Shown piece by piece: positions 49,137-58,492 of a DNA stretch of 64,000 bases. The number at the start of each line of letters is the position of its first letter. The first letter of the stretch is position 1. Made by a program: the position numbers and the translations under genes. The notes below the pieces were generated by a model. That model searched no databases. It saw only the letters and a program-made list of their open reading frames with translations, and was not told where the DNA came from. Source of the stretch: an uncultured Bacilli bacterium (GTDB lineage Bacteria > Bacillota_I > Bacilli_A > RFN20 > CAG-826); the NCBI GenBank assembly GCA_944336335.1, contig CALVLC010000001.1, forward strand, positions 1,508-65,507, read 5' to 3'.

Positions 49137-50988
49137 AATTAATAGCTCACCTCAAAAATATTCTCGTCCAACAAATATTTTAAAAACTCTATTTAGATTA
49201 TTTACTTATTTTGGAAAGAAAAAATATCTTTTAATCCTTGTTGTTATTTTAGTTATCTACACTTCTTTTGCTAATATTTTTGGCTCTTACATGTTAGGAA
49301 GAGTTATTGATACTGCAATTAAAAATGAAGACAGCCAAGCCCTATTAACTTCTACTTTAACTTTAATTGGAATTTATGTAGCTGGAGTAATTTGTGATTT
49401 ATCTTACACTCAAATCATGGTTAGACTTTCGCAAAGTGTCCTTTATAATTTACGTAAAGAATTATCAATTCATAACCAAAATTTACCATTATCTTATTTT
49501 GATGAACATAATCATGGCGAAATAATGAGTTATTTTACAAATGATGTTGATACTCTAGTAAATGCTTTAAATGATAGTTTTGCTAACATTATTCTTTCTT
49601 TCTGTAATATAGTTGGCACCGTTGTTGTTTTACTTTTTATCAATGTTTATCTTGCCTTAATAATTTATGTCTTTATGATTGGTATTGCTTTATTTATTTT
49701 CTTCAATACCAAAAAATGTCGTAAATATTTCACCATGCAACAAAGTGAAATTGCCAATATTAACTCTAAAGTTGAAGAAGATATTAATGGAGTTAGAGTT
49801 GTAAAAGCTTTTAATCATGAGGATGATAGTTTTGAAAGTTTTGATAAAGTAAATAAAGCTTGGCTCAATGCTTCAACTAAATCTTTCTTTCATACTCAAC
49901 TTAATATTCCAGTTATTGTTTCTTTATCATTTATTCAATTTGCTGTAGCTTGTGTTGTAGGTAGTGTTTTCTTAGTAAATGGCTGGATAGTTGGAATTGG
50001 TGCTTTGACCACTTACTTAGTTAATGTTAGACAAAGCGCTCAACCATTTAATTTCTTCACTCAACACATTAATAATATTCTTACTGCCCTTGCAGGTAGT
50101 GAAAGAATCTTCCGTTTCCTTGATGAAAAAGAGGAAGAAGATAATGGCAAAGTTGAACTTGTTAAACTTGGCGATGCTAATACACTTCACGACTATAAAT
50201 CTCGTTATGCTTGGAGCGTCCCTCAAGAAGATGGCACTACTAAACTTGTTCCATTAAAAGGTGAAATTGTTTTTAAAAACGTAACTTTTGGTTATGTTCC
50301 TGATAAACCAGTCTTAAAAGATATTAGTTTTTATGCTAAAGATGGCCAAAAAATCGCTTTTGTTGGCTCAACTGGAGCTGGAAAAACTACAATCATTTCT
50401 TTAATTACTAGATTCTACAACATTCAAAAAGGTGAAATTATTTATGATGGAATTAATGTTAAAGACATGAAACTTGAAGGACTTAGAAGATCTATTTCAA
50501 TGGTTACTCAAGATACTCACTTATTTACAGGAACCATAAAAGAAAATATTAAATATTCTAGAATGCACTCCACTGATGAAGAAGTTATTAATGCAGCTAA
50601 AATTGCAAACTGTGATTCCTTCATTAGAATGCTTCCAAATGGATATGATACGATGCTTTATGATGATGGACATAATTTATCAGAAGGTCAAAGACAACTT
50701 TTAGCTTTAGCTCGTGCTGCTTTAAGTATGCCACCAATTTTAATTCTTGATGAAGCTACAAGTAACATTGATACTCGTAGTGAAAAACTTGTTCAAAAAT
50801 CGATGGATGTTCTTATGCAAAATAGAACAGTTCTTGTTATTGCGCATCGTTTATCAACTGTTAAAAATAGTGATGCTATTTTATATCTCGAAAACGGAAA
50901 AATTGTTGAACGTGGCTCTAATGACGAATTACTTAAAATGAAGGGTAAATATTACGCCCTTTATGAAGGTAAAGCAGAACTTGAATAA
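49129..50988 (+). CDS. ABC exporter permease/ATPase, canonical-ATPase subunit
   Basis: Walker A is GSTGAGKTT and Walker B is ILILDEATSNID, but the signature is LSEGQRQL (degenerate). There is a GGAGG RBS and an 8-nt overlap with the upstream partner. Confidence 0.85.
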   Translation: MPRINSSPQKYSRPTNILKTLFRLFTYFGKKKYLLILVVILVIYTSFANIFGSYMLGRVIDTAIKNEDSQALLTSTLTLIGIYVAGVICDLSYTQIMVRLSQSVLYNLRKELSIHNQNLPLSYFDEHNHGEIMSYFTNDVDTLVNALNDSFANIILSFCNIVGTVVVLLFINVYLALIIYVFMIGIALFIFFNTKKCRKYFTMQQSEIANINSKVEEDINGVRVVKAFNHEDDSFESFDKVNKAWLNASTKSFFHTQLNIPVIVSLSFIQFAVACVVGSVFLVNGWIVGIGALTTYLVNVRQSAQPFNFFTQHINNILTALAGSERIFRFLDEKEEEDNGKVELVKLGDANTLHDYKSRYAWSVPQEDGTTKLVPLKGEIVFKNVTFGYVPDKPVLKDISFYAKDGQKIAFVGSTGAGKTTIISLITRFYNIQKGEIIYDGINVKDMKLEGLRRSISMVTQDTHLFTGTIKENIKYSRMHSTDEEVINAAKIANCDSFIRMLPNGYDTMLYDDGHNLSEGQRQLLALARAALSMPPILILDEATSNIDTRSEKLVQKSMDVLMQNRTVLVIAHRLSTVKNSDAILYLENGKIVERGSNDELLKMKGKYYALYEGKAELE

Positions 50989-51019
50989 AGTAAACTTCTA
51001 AATTTTCAATTTCTAAATT

Positions 51020-51048
51020 AAAAGCTCGTCAAAAACGAGCTTTTAATT
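51020..51048. terminator. bidirectional rho-independent terminator
   Basis: aaaagctcg-tcaaaaa-cgagctttt with A/T runs on both sides, placed between convergent genes. Confidence 0.75.
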
Positions 51049-51067
51049 ATATCAATTTTCTTTTTTA

Positions 51068-53383
51068 TTAAAGTGGCAACATTGAATAATCAACAACAAA
51101 CATATCATTATATCCACCTAGTGAGATTATAACTTCATATGTCACTTCATTAATTGCCATCTCTTTAACGAATTCATATTCGTCTATATTTTCTAAATTG
51201 TATTCAAACCCTGCTTCACCTAGTGCTTTTGAAAATAACACCAAAAGATCATCATATTGTAAGTCAACGTTGTCGCCATAAGAATCTAAAGCCATTGCAA
51301 TTTGCGCTGTATTAGGTGTTGTTTGTTCATAAACATATTTCAATGTTTTTGCTTCGGGATCAAATGTCATTTCAAGAGTAAAATCTTCGCCAACTCCATG
51401 TAAGGTATTTCCTTCTGCTGTATAAGTGAAGCTTTCACCAAACCAACCTCCACCATAACTTCCCGTTCCATCTTCATAAAGTTCAATTGCATCATAATCT
51501 TCATTTGACCAAGAACCAATATAAGCAGGTAATGTTTCTCCATCAGCTGGTTCTTCCTCTTCAAAAACATCAAGAGTTCCTTCTTCGACTATATGTTCAC
51601 TTTTAGCAACACCTGCAGTAGTAACATTTGCAATTGGAGCAACGCTATCTACCGAAGTAACTGGTGTTGGCAAAATATTGATAACTTCAGTTGGAATAAC
51701 TTCGTTTAATGCTTGAGCTTGTTCGTCAGTTTTTAAATAATCTTCCCATTTTGTAAGTTTATCAGTATTTGTATTAACTGTTTGTTCCGGAATTGTAGTT
51801 GTACCAACATTTGTATATTTAACAATCTCTTTTGAACCCCATGGACCACTAGTTTCAAATGTAACATCACCATTATCACCTAAAGTAATTTTGAGTGTAT
51901 CAATGGTGGTTGATGAGAATGGAGAATAGGTACTTGAAGTATCGGCAACAAAATAATATGGAATGTCCTCAGATTTTAAAGTGTAAGTATTTCCTTCTTT
52001 ATCGAAGAAAGCCGAACTTATCTCAAAACCAGCAACCATTTGTGGAACAATTTGTACATTCTCTCTATCACTGCTGAATGTAAAAAATTCATCTCTAATC
52101 TTTACAGATTGACGTACTGAATATTGATAAAGTTCTAAGAAATCATCAAATTCACTAAGTTGTTCATAATAATATGTTTCAACGGGTGCAGCATTCGTAA
52201 TATCAGATACTTCTCCAAATATATCTTGAAGGAAATGTTCGCCTCCATCACTATAACCTCTTGTGACTTCGCCATCAGCAGTAACTTCAACAGTATAATT
52301 ATGTTTTTTCAATCTATCTAAAGCAGTTTTTAATGTTTCGTCTTCAGTAACATCAACTTTTTTAGGAGTGTCAAGGGAATCAACACCAAAATGAGTAAAT
52401 GTACCAGTAAATGAAACACTTGATTCATACCATTCAAAGTCTGGAATTGCAAAATGGCCTTCGTAACTTGCTAAATGTCCATCTTTTACCGTAATTACAA
52501 ATTCCTCAACATGATAAGCAAGTTGAATATCACCAAAAATAATTTGAGCAATTCCAGTAATAGTATCTGAAAGTTTTGGATCTTCTACATTTAAATGAAA
52601 TTTATTTGTATCTGTTGGATCGACTGTAAAATCACTTGCTGTAAGATAATTAAATGGATTTCCAAAAGTTCTATACCACTCTAAATTAGCATCGGTTGCA
52701 GCATCCAAAACATCTGAATAAACAAGTTCATTGCTTATTCCTAAATAAGTAGTTGCTAAATATCCATTTTCTGGATTTTTCGCAAACAAATAAATTGTTT
52801 CAGCATTAGTATCAGATACATCAATTGGTGTGTCAAAATCACCACTATAATCATATTTAGAAGCGTAACGAGTAATTCGATTGTAATCGCCACTCATTTC
52901 ACTAGTGATACGACGAGCATATCTTGATGGACTTCCAGATGGAGTTCCATCGTTTTTGTAATATTGCTGTCTTTCTTCATAGATGGTGTCTAATGCTAAT
53001 CCATCACGAGCTTCACTAAGTGCAGTAGTTAAAATTAAATCTGGCGTCTCAACCGCTACATCTTCCATTGTAACAACAATATTTACATTATTAGTTGGCA
53101 TTGTGAATGTGTAGATATTTCCACCTTCATCATTAAGGACTAATTGACCAGCGCTTACTTCATCTACCACTTTCTCTTCATTTTGAGAAACAACGCCAAA
53201 TACTACTTTTTCTCCTGGTAAATAACCATTTGCATCAACACCAACAAGTTTATAATCAGCACTTTGATCTGTTGTTAAATTATATCGAGTTTCTGCTTCC
53301 GGCATTACATTTTCACCACAACCGGTAGCAAATGTTAATGTTAAAATAACACCAAAACTCAACGGAATTAGTCTTTTCCTCAT
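51068..53383 (-). CDS. large acidic surface lipoprotein, unknown function
   Basis: The ATG at 53383 is preceded by GAAGGAGA. The signal peptide MRKRLIPLSFGVILTLTFATGC carries the lipobox FATGC. The protein is 771 aa, rich in D/E/T/Y, with no motif I recognise. Confidence 0.7.
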   Translation of the reverse strand: MRKRLIPLSFGVILTLTFATGCGENVMPEAETRYNLTTDQSADYKLVGVDANGYLPGEKVVFGVVSQNEEKVVDEVSAGQLVLNDEGGNIYTFTMPTNNVNIVVTMEDVAVETPDLILTTALSEARDGLALDTIYEERQQYYKNDGTPSGSPSRYARRITSEMSGDYNRITRYASKYDYSGDFDTPIDVSDTNAETIYLFAKNPENGYLATTYLGISNELVYSDVLDAATDANLEWYRTFGNPFNYLTASDFTVDPTDTNKFHLNVEDPKLSDTITGIAQIIFGDIQLAYHVEEFVITVKDGHLASYEGHFAIPDFEWYESSVSFTGTFTHFGVDSLDTPKKVDVTEDETLKTALDRLKKHNYTVEVTADGEVTRGYSDGGEHFLQDIFGEVSDITNAAPVETYYYEQLSEFDDFLELYQYSVRQSVKIRDEFFTFSSDRENVQIVPQMVAGFEISSAFFDKEGNTYTLKSEDIPYYFVADTSSTYSPFSSTTIDTLKITLGDNGDVTFETSGPWGSKEIVKYTNVGTTTIPEQTVNTNTDKLTKWEDYLKTDEQAQALNEVIPTEVINILPTPVTSVDSVAPIANVTTAGVAKSEHIVEEGTLDVFEEEEPADGETLPAYIGSWSNEDYDAIELYEDGTGSYGGGWFGESFTYTAEGNTLHGVGEDFTLEMTFDPEAKTLKYVYEQTTPNTAQIAMALDSYGDNVDLQYDDLLVLFSKALGEAGFEYNLENIDEYEFVKEMAINEVTYEVIISLGGYNDMFVVDYSMLPL

Positions 53384-53717
53384 ATTAAATTTTCTCCTTC
53401 GCAATTATTATGGATCTTTAATAATATGGTTATATTAAATTAATTTAATAAAATACGAATTTTTAAACTCTTAATTCTTAATGTTATTTTAATACGAGAA
53501 TTGGTCGCAATAGCTATAAAGTAATCGATTATTAGCAATACAAAAATTTTAAATCGGCATTTTAAGAATGAAAAGATTGTCTTAACTTAGGTGCAAAAAA
53601 TGAAATGCTAACTTTCGTATCAAAATATACGTAATAAATAAGTAATCAATTAAATTAGTTATGACTTATAATTTAAGAATTTTTGAAAAGAGAATAAATT
53701 GCTAAATACAACCAAAT

Positions 53718-53750
53718 ATAAAAAATCTCTTCAAATTTAAGAGATTTTTT
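53718..53750 (-). terminator. rho-independent terminator after upp
   Basis: aaaaatctctt-caaattt-aagagattttt. Confidence 0.7.
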
Positions 53751-53765
53751 AAGTTTTGGCTTATA

Positions 53766-54395
53766 TTATAATGTTCCGAAGATTCTATCTCCAGCATCTC
53801 CAAGACCTGGAAGAATATAACCTTTTTCATTTAATTTTTCATCGAGAGAAGCGATATAAATATCAACATCTGGGTGTTCTTCTTCAACTTTCTTTACACC
53901 TTCTGGAGCACCAACAAGATTTAATAATCTAATATTTTTATATCCTCTTTTTTTAATCATGGTAATTGCATCACATGCACTTCCACCAGTTGCAAGCATT
54001 GGATCACAAATTAAGACAAGTGGATCTTGAACATGAGGAAGTTTACAGAAATATTCAACAGGTTTTAATGTTTTTTCATCACGGTACATACCAATATGAC
54101 CAATTCGTGCAGTTGGTAACATATTAATAACGCCATTACTCATACCAATTCCAGCTCTTAAGATTGGGACAACAATAATATTATAATTAAGTTTTAATTT
54201 ATCAATTTCAATTCCAGTTGGAGTCTTAATTTTATCTCCTGTAGGAACAACTTTTAAATCCTTAAAAACTTCTAGAGTCATTAAAGATGAAATTTCATCA
54301 AGTAAAGTTCTAAAATCTTTAGAATTAGTTCTTTCATCTCTCATGTAGTTAAGTTTAACTGTAATTAATGGGTTATCAACAATATGTAGCATCAT
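53766..54395 (-). CDS. upp: uracil phosphoribosyltransferase
   Basis: 209 aa with the PRPP motif LVLICDPMLATGGS and the C-terminal YILPGLGDAGDRIFGT. Confidence 0.9.
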   Translation of the reverse strand: MMLHIVDNPLITVKLNYMRDERTNSKDFRTLLDEISSLMTLEVFKDLKVVPTGDKIKTPTGIEIDKLKLNYNIIVVPILRAGIGMSNGVINMLPTARIGHIGMYRDEKTLKPVEYFCKLPHVQDPLVLICDPMLATGGSACDAITMIKKRGYKNIRLLNLVGAPEGVKKVEEEHPDVDIYIASLDEKLNEKGYILPGLGDAGDRIFGTL

Positions 54396-54429
54396 TTTTC
54401 CTCCTATATAAAAAAATAAAAAGTTAAAA

Positions 54430-55350
54430 CTAACTTTTTATTTCATCATCCTTATTAATATTTCTTTCTTTTGTTCTAGGTGTTTCATCATTTTCGCCAC
54501 CTGCTTTCTTTGGAATCTCATTTCCGATATATAAGTGCTTTTTAAATTCATGACCAAATTCAGAAATTTTATCAGTAATAGGTTGAGCACTCTTTTTGAT
54601 GTTTTCAACCATCGATGTTAAACGATCGCTCTTCACGTCTTTAACTTGTAAAATCTTAAATTTTTCGAAGTCAACTGTCAAGTTAAGACTTTTAGCTTTG
54701 CCACTAAGTTTAATAGATAAAATTAAAGAATTAATAAAATCTAAACAGAAAATAGAGAAATATCCTCCAAGAAGAAAAGTCATTCCCCAAAGTCTTTCAA
54801 TTAAAAATTCAATCGCTTGACTTAATGCAGGAGAAACACCAAATAAATAAATGGTCCCTGCTGCTAACCATATAAAGCTGAATAAAGGACAAATAATTCC
54901 TTGAATATTCCCTTTTAAATTAGAGTAGTCCCATAATTTAATATGAAGTCCTTTAACAAAAATAAGACCAGCAATATATTCAATAAGAGTCATTCCAATT
55001 CCGATTAAAGCAATTGAAATTAAACAAACTGCCCAAAATGATAAAGGCCCATTACCAATCGCTAAAGATGAATAATAAGCTGGCACTGTTTTTGGATCAC
55101 ATAAATATTGAAATGTGTATACACAAATAAAATGGAGCGTTCCAAGTCCAAAGCCATATAAAGGTAAACATGGTCCACGTAAAAAACCTGGATTAATCCA
55201 TCTTTTCATGGAAACAAATCTTCTAAATAAAACTTCAGCAAGATATCCTAGAAAACTTCCAATTATAAAAACATATAAAAATTCTAAAAAATTACCAAAT
55301 GGTCCATCAGGATTAATAACGATTGTATCGGCAAAATTTAGAAAATTCAT
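54430..55350 (-). CDS. polytopic membrane protein, DUF1113/CmpB-like
   Basis: 306 aa. FIIGSFLGYLAEVLFRR...INPGFLRGPCLPLYGFG resembles the putative ABC-transporter type IV family, from memory. It has a charged C-terminal tail. Confidence 0.45.
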   Translation of the reverse strand: MNFLNFADTIVINPDGPFGNFLEFLYVFIIGSFLGYLAEVLFRRFVSMKRWINPGFLRGPCLPLYGFGLGTLHFICVYTFQYLCDPKTVPAYYSSLAIGNGPLSFWAVCLISIALIGIGMTLIEYIAGLIFVKGLHIKLWDYSNLKGNIQGIICPLFSFIWLAAGTIYLFGVSPALSQAIEFLIERLWGMTFLLGGYFSIFCLDFINSLILSIKLSGKAKSLNLTVDFEKFKILQVKDVKSDRLTSMVENIKKSAQPITDKISEFGHEFKKHLYIGNEIPKKAGGENDETPRTKERNINKDDEIKS

Positions 55351-55392
55351 TACCTAAATAATATAACTTTAAAATTAAATAACAAGACTATA

Positions 55393-56403
55393 TTATTTCT
55401 TTGTTAATCCATGATAAGTTAAGAAATCAAGTAAGATTTCATATTCTGAATACATATAAGCTTTATATAAGCCAAGGAAGATTAAATATTCATCATCATA
55501 ATGTGGTTTTTTAAGTTTATAGTTTATGTGCTCAATACAAATTAAATTTACATCTAAAAAAGAAGCTTCACTATCGGATTTTTCTTTTAAATCTCTTTCC
55601 TGAGAGACTGCTAATCTATCACAAACTTTATTAAGGTAAGCTCTTCTACTTTCATAGTATGTCGAGATAAACATTGAGACATAATATAAAAGATCTTTCA
55701 TTCCTTTTTCAGTTAGTTTTATAGAATTTAACTTGAGTTTTGCAGAGATTTCTTTCATAAATAAAACTATTTTCTCAATTAAACGATAGTTTTGTTTACT
55801 TAAATCAACAATAGTTTCATCGACATATTTTTCGTATTCACCAAACTTTTCATTAAGAACATTTGTATCAAATAGTTCAGCTTTATAAATACGATCAAAG
55901 ATTTTTTCTTTATAAGTATTAAATAAATAAAGTTCACTTGTTCCAAAATCAAGCAAGTTAGAAACAACGATTACTTTGCAACCTGTTGCAATTAAATTAG
56001 TTAGATAACTTAAAAAAGCATCATAATCACTTGAAGCATATCTTTCTAAGTCATCAAGAATAACTACTTTATTTGGTTTAAGTTTATTAATCTTTAATAG
56101 GTAAGCTAAAGTTTTTTCAGTTGTAACTTCTTCTTCAAAAGGATTAATAACATTAGGAACAATATCATTAATATTTTTAGCATCTGGATGAACCTTCATG
56201 AATAAATTTGTATTGATTTCATCGATATTTTTCATACCATGTAGTGAAACATAATAAAAACGAACACCTTTATTTTCATTAGCCTTAACGTATTCATTTA
56301 AAAGATAGGTTTTACCACTTCCCCAAGGACCATCAAGAAGAATAATATTGTAATCACTATCAATAAAGTTATTTAAATCATCTAATATGTTTCTTTTATT
56401 CAT
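55393..56403 (-). CDS. KAP-type P-loop NTPase (short form, no TM insert)
   Basis: Walker A is ILLDGPWGSGKTYLLNEY (the GxWGxGKT form typical of KAP NTPases). Walker B is KVVILDDLERY (the IDDLDR-like KAP signature). There is a GGAGG RBS. Confidence 0.65.
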   Translation of the reverse strand: MNKRNILDDLNNFIDSDYNIILLDGPWGSGKTYLLNEYVKANENKGVRFYYVSLHGMKNIDEINTNLFMKVHPDAKNINDIVPNVINPFEEEVTTEKTLAYLLKINKLKPNKVVILDDLERYASSDYDAFLSYLTNLIATGCKVIVVSNLLDFGTSELYLFNTYKEKIFDRIYKAELFDTNVLNEKFGEYEKYVDETIVDLSKQNYRLIEKIVLFMKEISAKLKLNSIKLTEKGMKDLLYYVSMFISTYYESRRAYLNKVCDRLAVSQERDLKEKSDSEASFLDVNLICIEHINYKLKKPHYDDEYLIFLGLYKAYMYSEYEILLDFLTYHGLTKK

Positions 56404-56610
56404 AAAAAGCCTCCAGAGAGATAAGTTTACTTAATTTATCTAATTATTTATTTAGATAAGATAAGGTAAATTTCTCTACCAAAATTATTGTATACTTTTC
56501 AGCAAAAACTTAAATAAAATTGATAAAAGATGTTGTAGTTTTTCATCCACTAGCTACTTAAAAATCACTTGCCACTATTAACTTCTTTATGATAAAATTA
56601 CAAGGCTGAT

Positions 56611-56686
56611 GGGTCATTAGCGCAGTTGGGAGAGCGTTACAATGGCATTGTAAAGGTCACCGGTTCGAGCCCGGTATGATCCACCA
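56611..56686 (+). tRNA. tRNA-Ala (anticodon GGC)
   Basis: GGGTCAT/ATGATCC acceptor with the G3:U70 alanine identity pair, TTACA-ATGGCAT-TGTAA anticodon arm, CCGGT-TCGAGCC-CGG T-arm, and CCA. The upstream promoter is TTGCCA...TGaTAAAAT. Confidence 0.85.
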
Positions 56687-56813
56687 TTCCGGAACTATCC
56701 GAACTATAGCACATATCAGGATTTGATGGTAATTACCGACAATATTCATGATTTCTTAGTTCGTAACAATTATAAAAGTTTAGAAGATTTACTGAAAAAG
56801 TAAATCTTTTTTT
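56687..56813 (+). repeat. tRNA-abutting 127-bp module, copy B (includes a terminator at 56784-56813)
   Basis: Starts at the first base after the CCA of tRNA-Ala and is about 90% identical to 16755-16882. It ends in aagatttac-N7-gtaaatctt plus a T-run. Confidence 0.85.
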
Positions 56814-56814
56814 C

Positions 56815-56846
56815 TATAAAAAATAGGCTTTTTACAGCCTATTTTG
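56815..56846 (-). terminator. rho-independent terminator closing the element operon
   Basis: On the minus strand: aaataggct-gtaaaa-agcctattt followed by tttat. Confidence 0.7.
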
Positions 56847-56855
56847 AGTTCGAAC

Positions 56856-57011
56856 TTAACGACCATCCATTTTATCAAAAGTATCTCTAAACCATCTATC
56901 AGCTAACATTGCTTCGTATTTAGCAATTATAATTTTTGCTATTTCCGGAGCTATTTCTTTTATAATCGCTTTATCAAAATCACTTAGAGATTGTTTCTTT
57001 CTTTGCGTCAT
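56856..57011 (-). CDS. small hypothetical protein (51 aa)
   Basis: Below the ORF-track cutoff. GGAGGTAAAAATG marks the start, and the product is MTQRKKQSLSDFDKAIIKEIAPEIAKIIIAKYEAMLADRWFRDTFDKMDGR. It overlaps the 66-aa ORF by 32 nt in another frame. Confidence 0.4.
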   Translation of the reverse strand: MTQRKKQSLSDFDKAIIKEIAPEIAKIIIAKYEAMLADRWFRDTFDKMDGR

Positions 57012-57180
57012 TTTTACCTCCATTTTTCTTTTTATTTAACCGATATTTAAAACGTCGATTGTAATTCTTATCCTTATATAACTCTACAATCTTTGCAGCT
57101 ATTATAGGGATTATAGGATCAAGTTGTTCATCAGAAATTTCGACTTTAGTATGAGGTTCTTTTACCGAATTTTTCTCCAT
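56980..57180 (-). CDS. small basic hypothetical protein (66 aa)
   Basis: An ORF-track ORF with AGAGGT 5 nt upstream of the ATG. It overlaps the rep 3' end by 35 nt and has a Lys/Arg-rich C-terminus. Confidence 0.4.
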   Translation of the reverse strand: MEKNSVKEPHTKVEISDEQLDPIIPIIAAKIVELYKDKNYNRRFKYRLNKKKNGGKNDAKKETISK

Positions 57181-58492
57181 AAAATACCTCTAACGCTGTT
57201 TCACTTATTGGTTTATCTAAGTCTATAAAACTATTTACATACTCTTTTAGATCAGTGAGATTTAGAAATTCATTTACTCTATAAATACGTCTACTTTCAT
57301 TAATCAACAATAAATCTTTATCATTTAATCTATTCAATGCTTCTTTTAAAGAGATGTTAATTAATTCATCCTTAGTTACTGGTTTACCGGCTAAAACTCT
57401 AGCAATAGATTTGCAAACTGTTTTAATCAACCATACAGCATTAGTATCAACTGAGACAGCAGTAGCATATTTAGCAAAAGGTTTTTCTTTTTCTACGCCT
57501 TGTAAAAAGTTTTTCCATTTATTCCGTGTCTCAGCTTTATATTTATTTGAATTTCTGTAATTATTTGATTCTTTAAATTCGATATTTGCTGCTAAGCATC
57601 CTGCAATATGCTTTGATTCTTTTCCTTCTTTTAATGCCGTTAATAACCTCTCAATTTCTTCCTCAGCATTTTGATGATAATATCTAGTTTCATACCTAAT
57701 CCAATTCTCTACTGAAAGTTGAAATCCTTTAACCTTTTGTTCAGCTTTTTTATCATAGATACAAAGTTGCGTACTTTTTCTTCCGCCGAAAATAGCACAA
57801 TATCCTGATAATTTGGAATCTATAACTGTAGGGATACCGATTAATGAGCCTTTGATTTCATCTTCGATTTGCTCATTCTTAATTTCATCTTCACCTGAAT
57901 CAGTTATTTCTAGATGCCTCATCCTAGTTATATATTCTCTATTTTTAATCTTTTCTTTTATTTCATTAATAGTTATATTTCCACTAAAATCATCAACAGG
58001 TATATCAATACGAGTACATATCCCACCGATTTCTAAACAATATTCAATTAGATCAATCCACGCTTTACGATTCATTTCTTCTCTATCGCTAATTTCACCA
58101 TTAATATAAACTGTATTAATCAAAACTCTTTCTTCAAAATCTCTACAAGCCGAGCCTTTCATTTCTAATAATATTGTGTTTAAACCTTCTTTTGTTTTAG
58201 TAATTTTTCCACCATACATGATTGACAAACCAACACCATATTCTTTCCTGTTTGTGTAACCATTAAATCCTTGACCTTCAATTCCTTCATTGTCTTTTAT
58301 AAATAATTTTTCTTTTAAACCATTTATTTCTTCCGAACTTTCTATGAATGTTAAATTAAACCTAAACTTTAAATAATCAACACAAGTATTGAATTGGTAT
58401 GAGGTAGGAGGGGTGTTACTATACCCCTCCTTCTGAGTTACTTTGTCTTCGTCAACATTTAACTCAGAAATAACTTTGTCATTTCTTTCTAT
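57146..58492 (-). CDS. Rep_trans-family rolling-circle initiator / MOBT-type relaxase (start codon uncertain)
   Basis: LCIYDKKAEQK...ENWIRYETRY parallels pT181 RepC IRIYNKKQERK...HLWRVEIEL. The conserved N-terminal CVDYLKFRFNLTF is encoded upstream of the ORF-track TTG at 58228, in the same open frame. The proposed ATA start at 58492 lies 8 nt after AGGAGG. Confidence 0.8.
   Translation of the reverse strand: MERNDKVISELNVDEDKVTQKEGYSNTPPTSYQFNTCVDYLKFRFNLTFIESSEEINGLKEKLFIKDNEGIEGQGFNGYTNRKEYGVGLSIMYGGKITKTKEGLNTILLEMKGSACRDFEERVLINTVYINGEISDREEMNRKAWIDLIEYCLEIGGICTRIDIPVDDFSGNITINEIKEKIKNREYITRMRHLEITDSGEDEIKNEQIEDEIKGSLIGIPTVIDSKLSGYCAIFGGRKSTQLCIYDKKAEQKVKGFQLSVENWIRYETRYYHQNAEEEIERLLTALKEGKESKHIAGCLAANIEFKESNNYRNSNKYKAETRNKWKNFLQGVEKEKPFAKYATAVSVDTNAVWLIKTVCKSIARVLAGKPVTKDELINISLKEALNRLNDKDLLLINESRRIYRVNEFLNLTDLKEYVNSFIDLDKPISETALEVFYGEKFGKRTSY

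Noticed and set aside
16755-56813. The 40-kb segment between the two direct 127-bp repeats as one composite mobile element
   Set aside because: The interval is filled with essential housekeeping genes (dnaE, polA, thrS, pfkA, pyk, nadE, dnaI-like). The repeats are better explained as independent tRNA-associated copies.
57813-58109. 98-aa and 136-aa (59800-60210) plus-strand ORFs inside the element
   Set aside because: They are antisense to rep and to the 751-aa gene. They have no RBS, a hydrophobic low-complexity translation, and no independent support.
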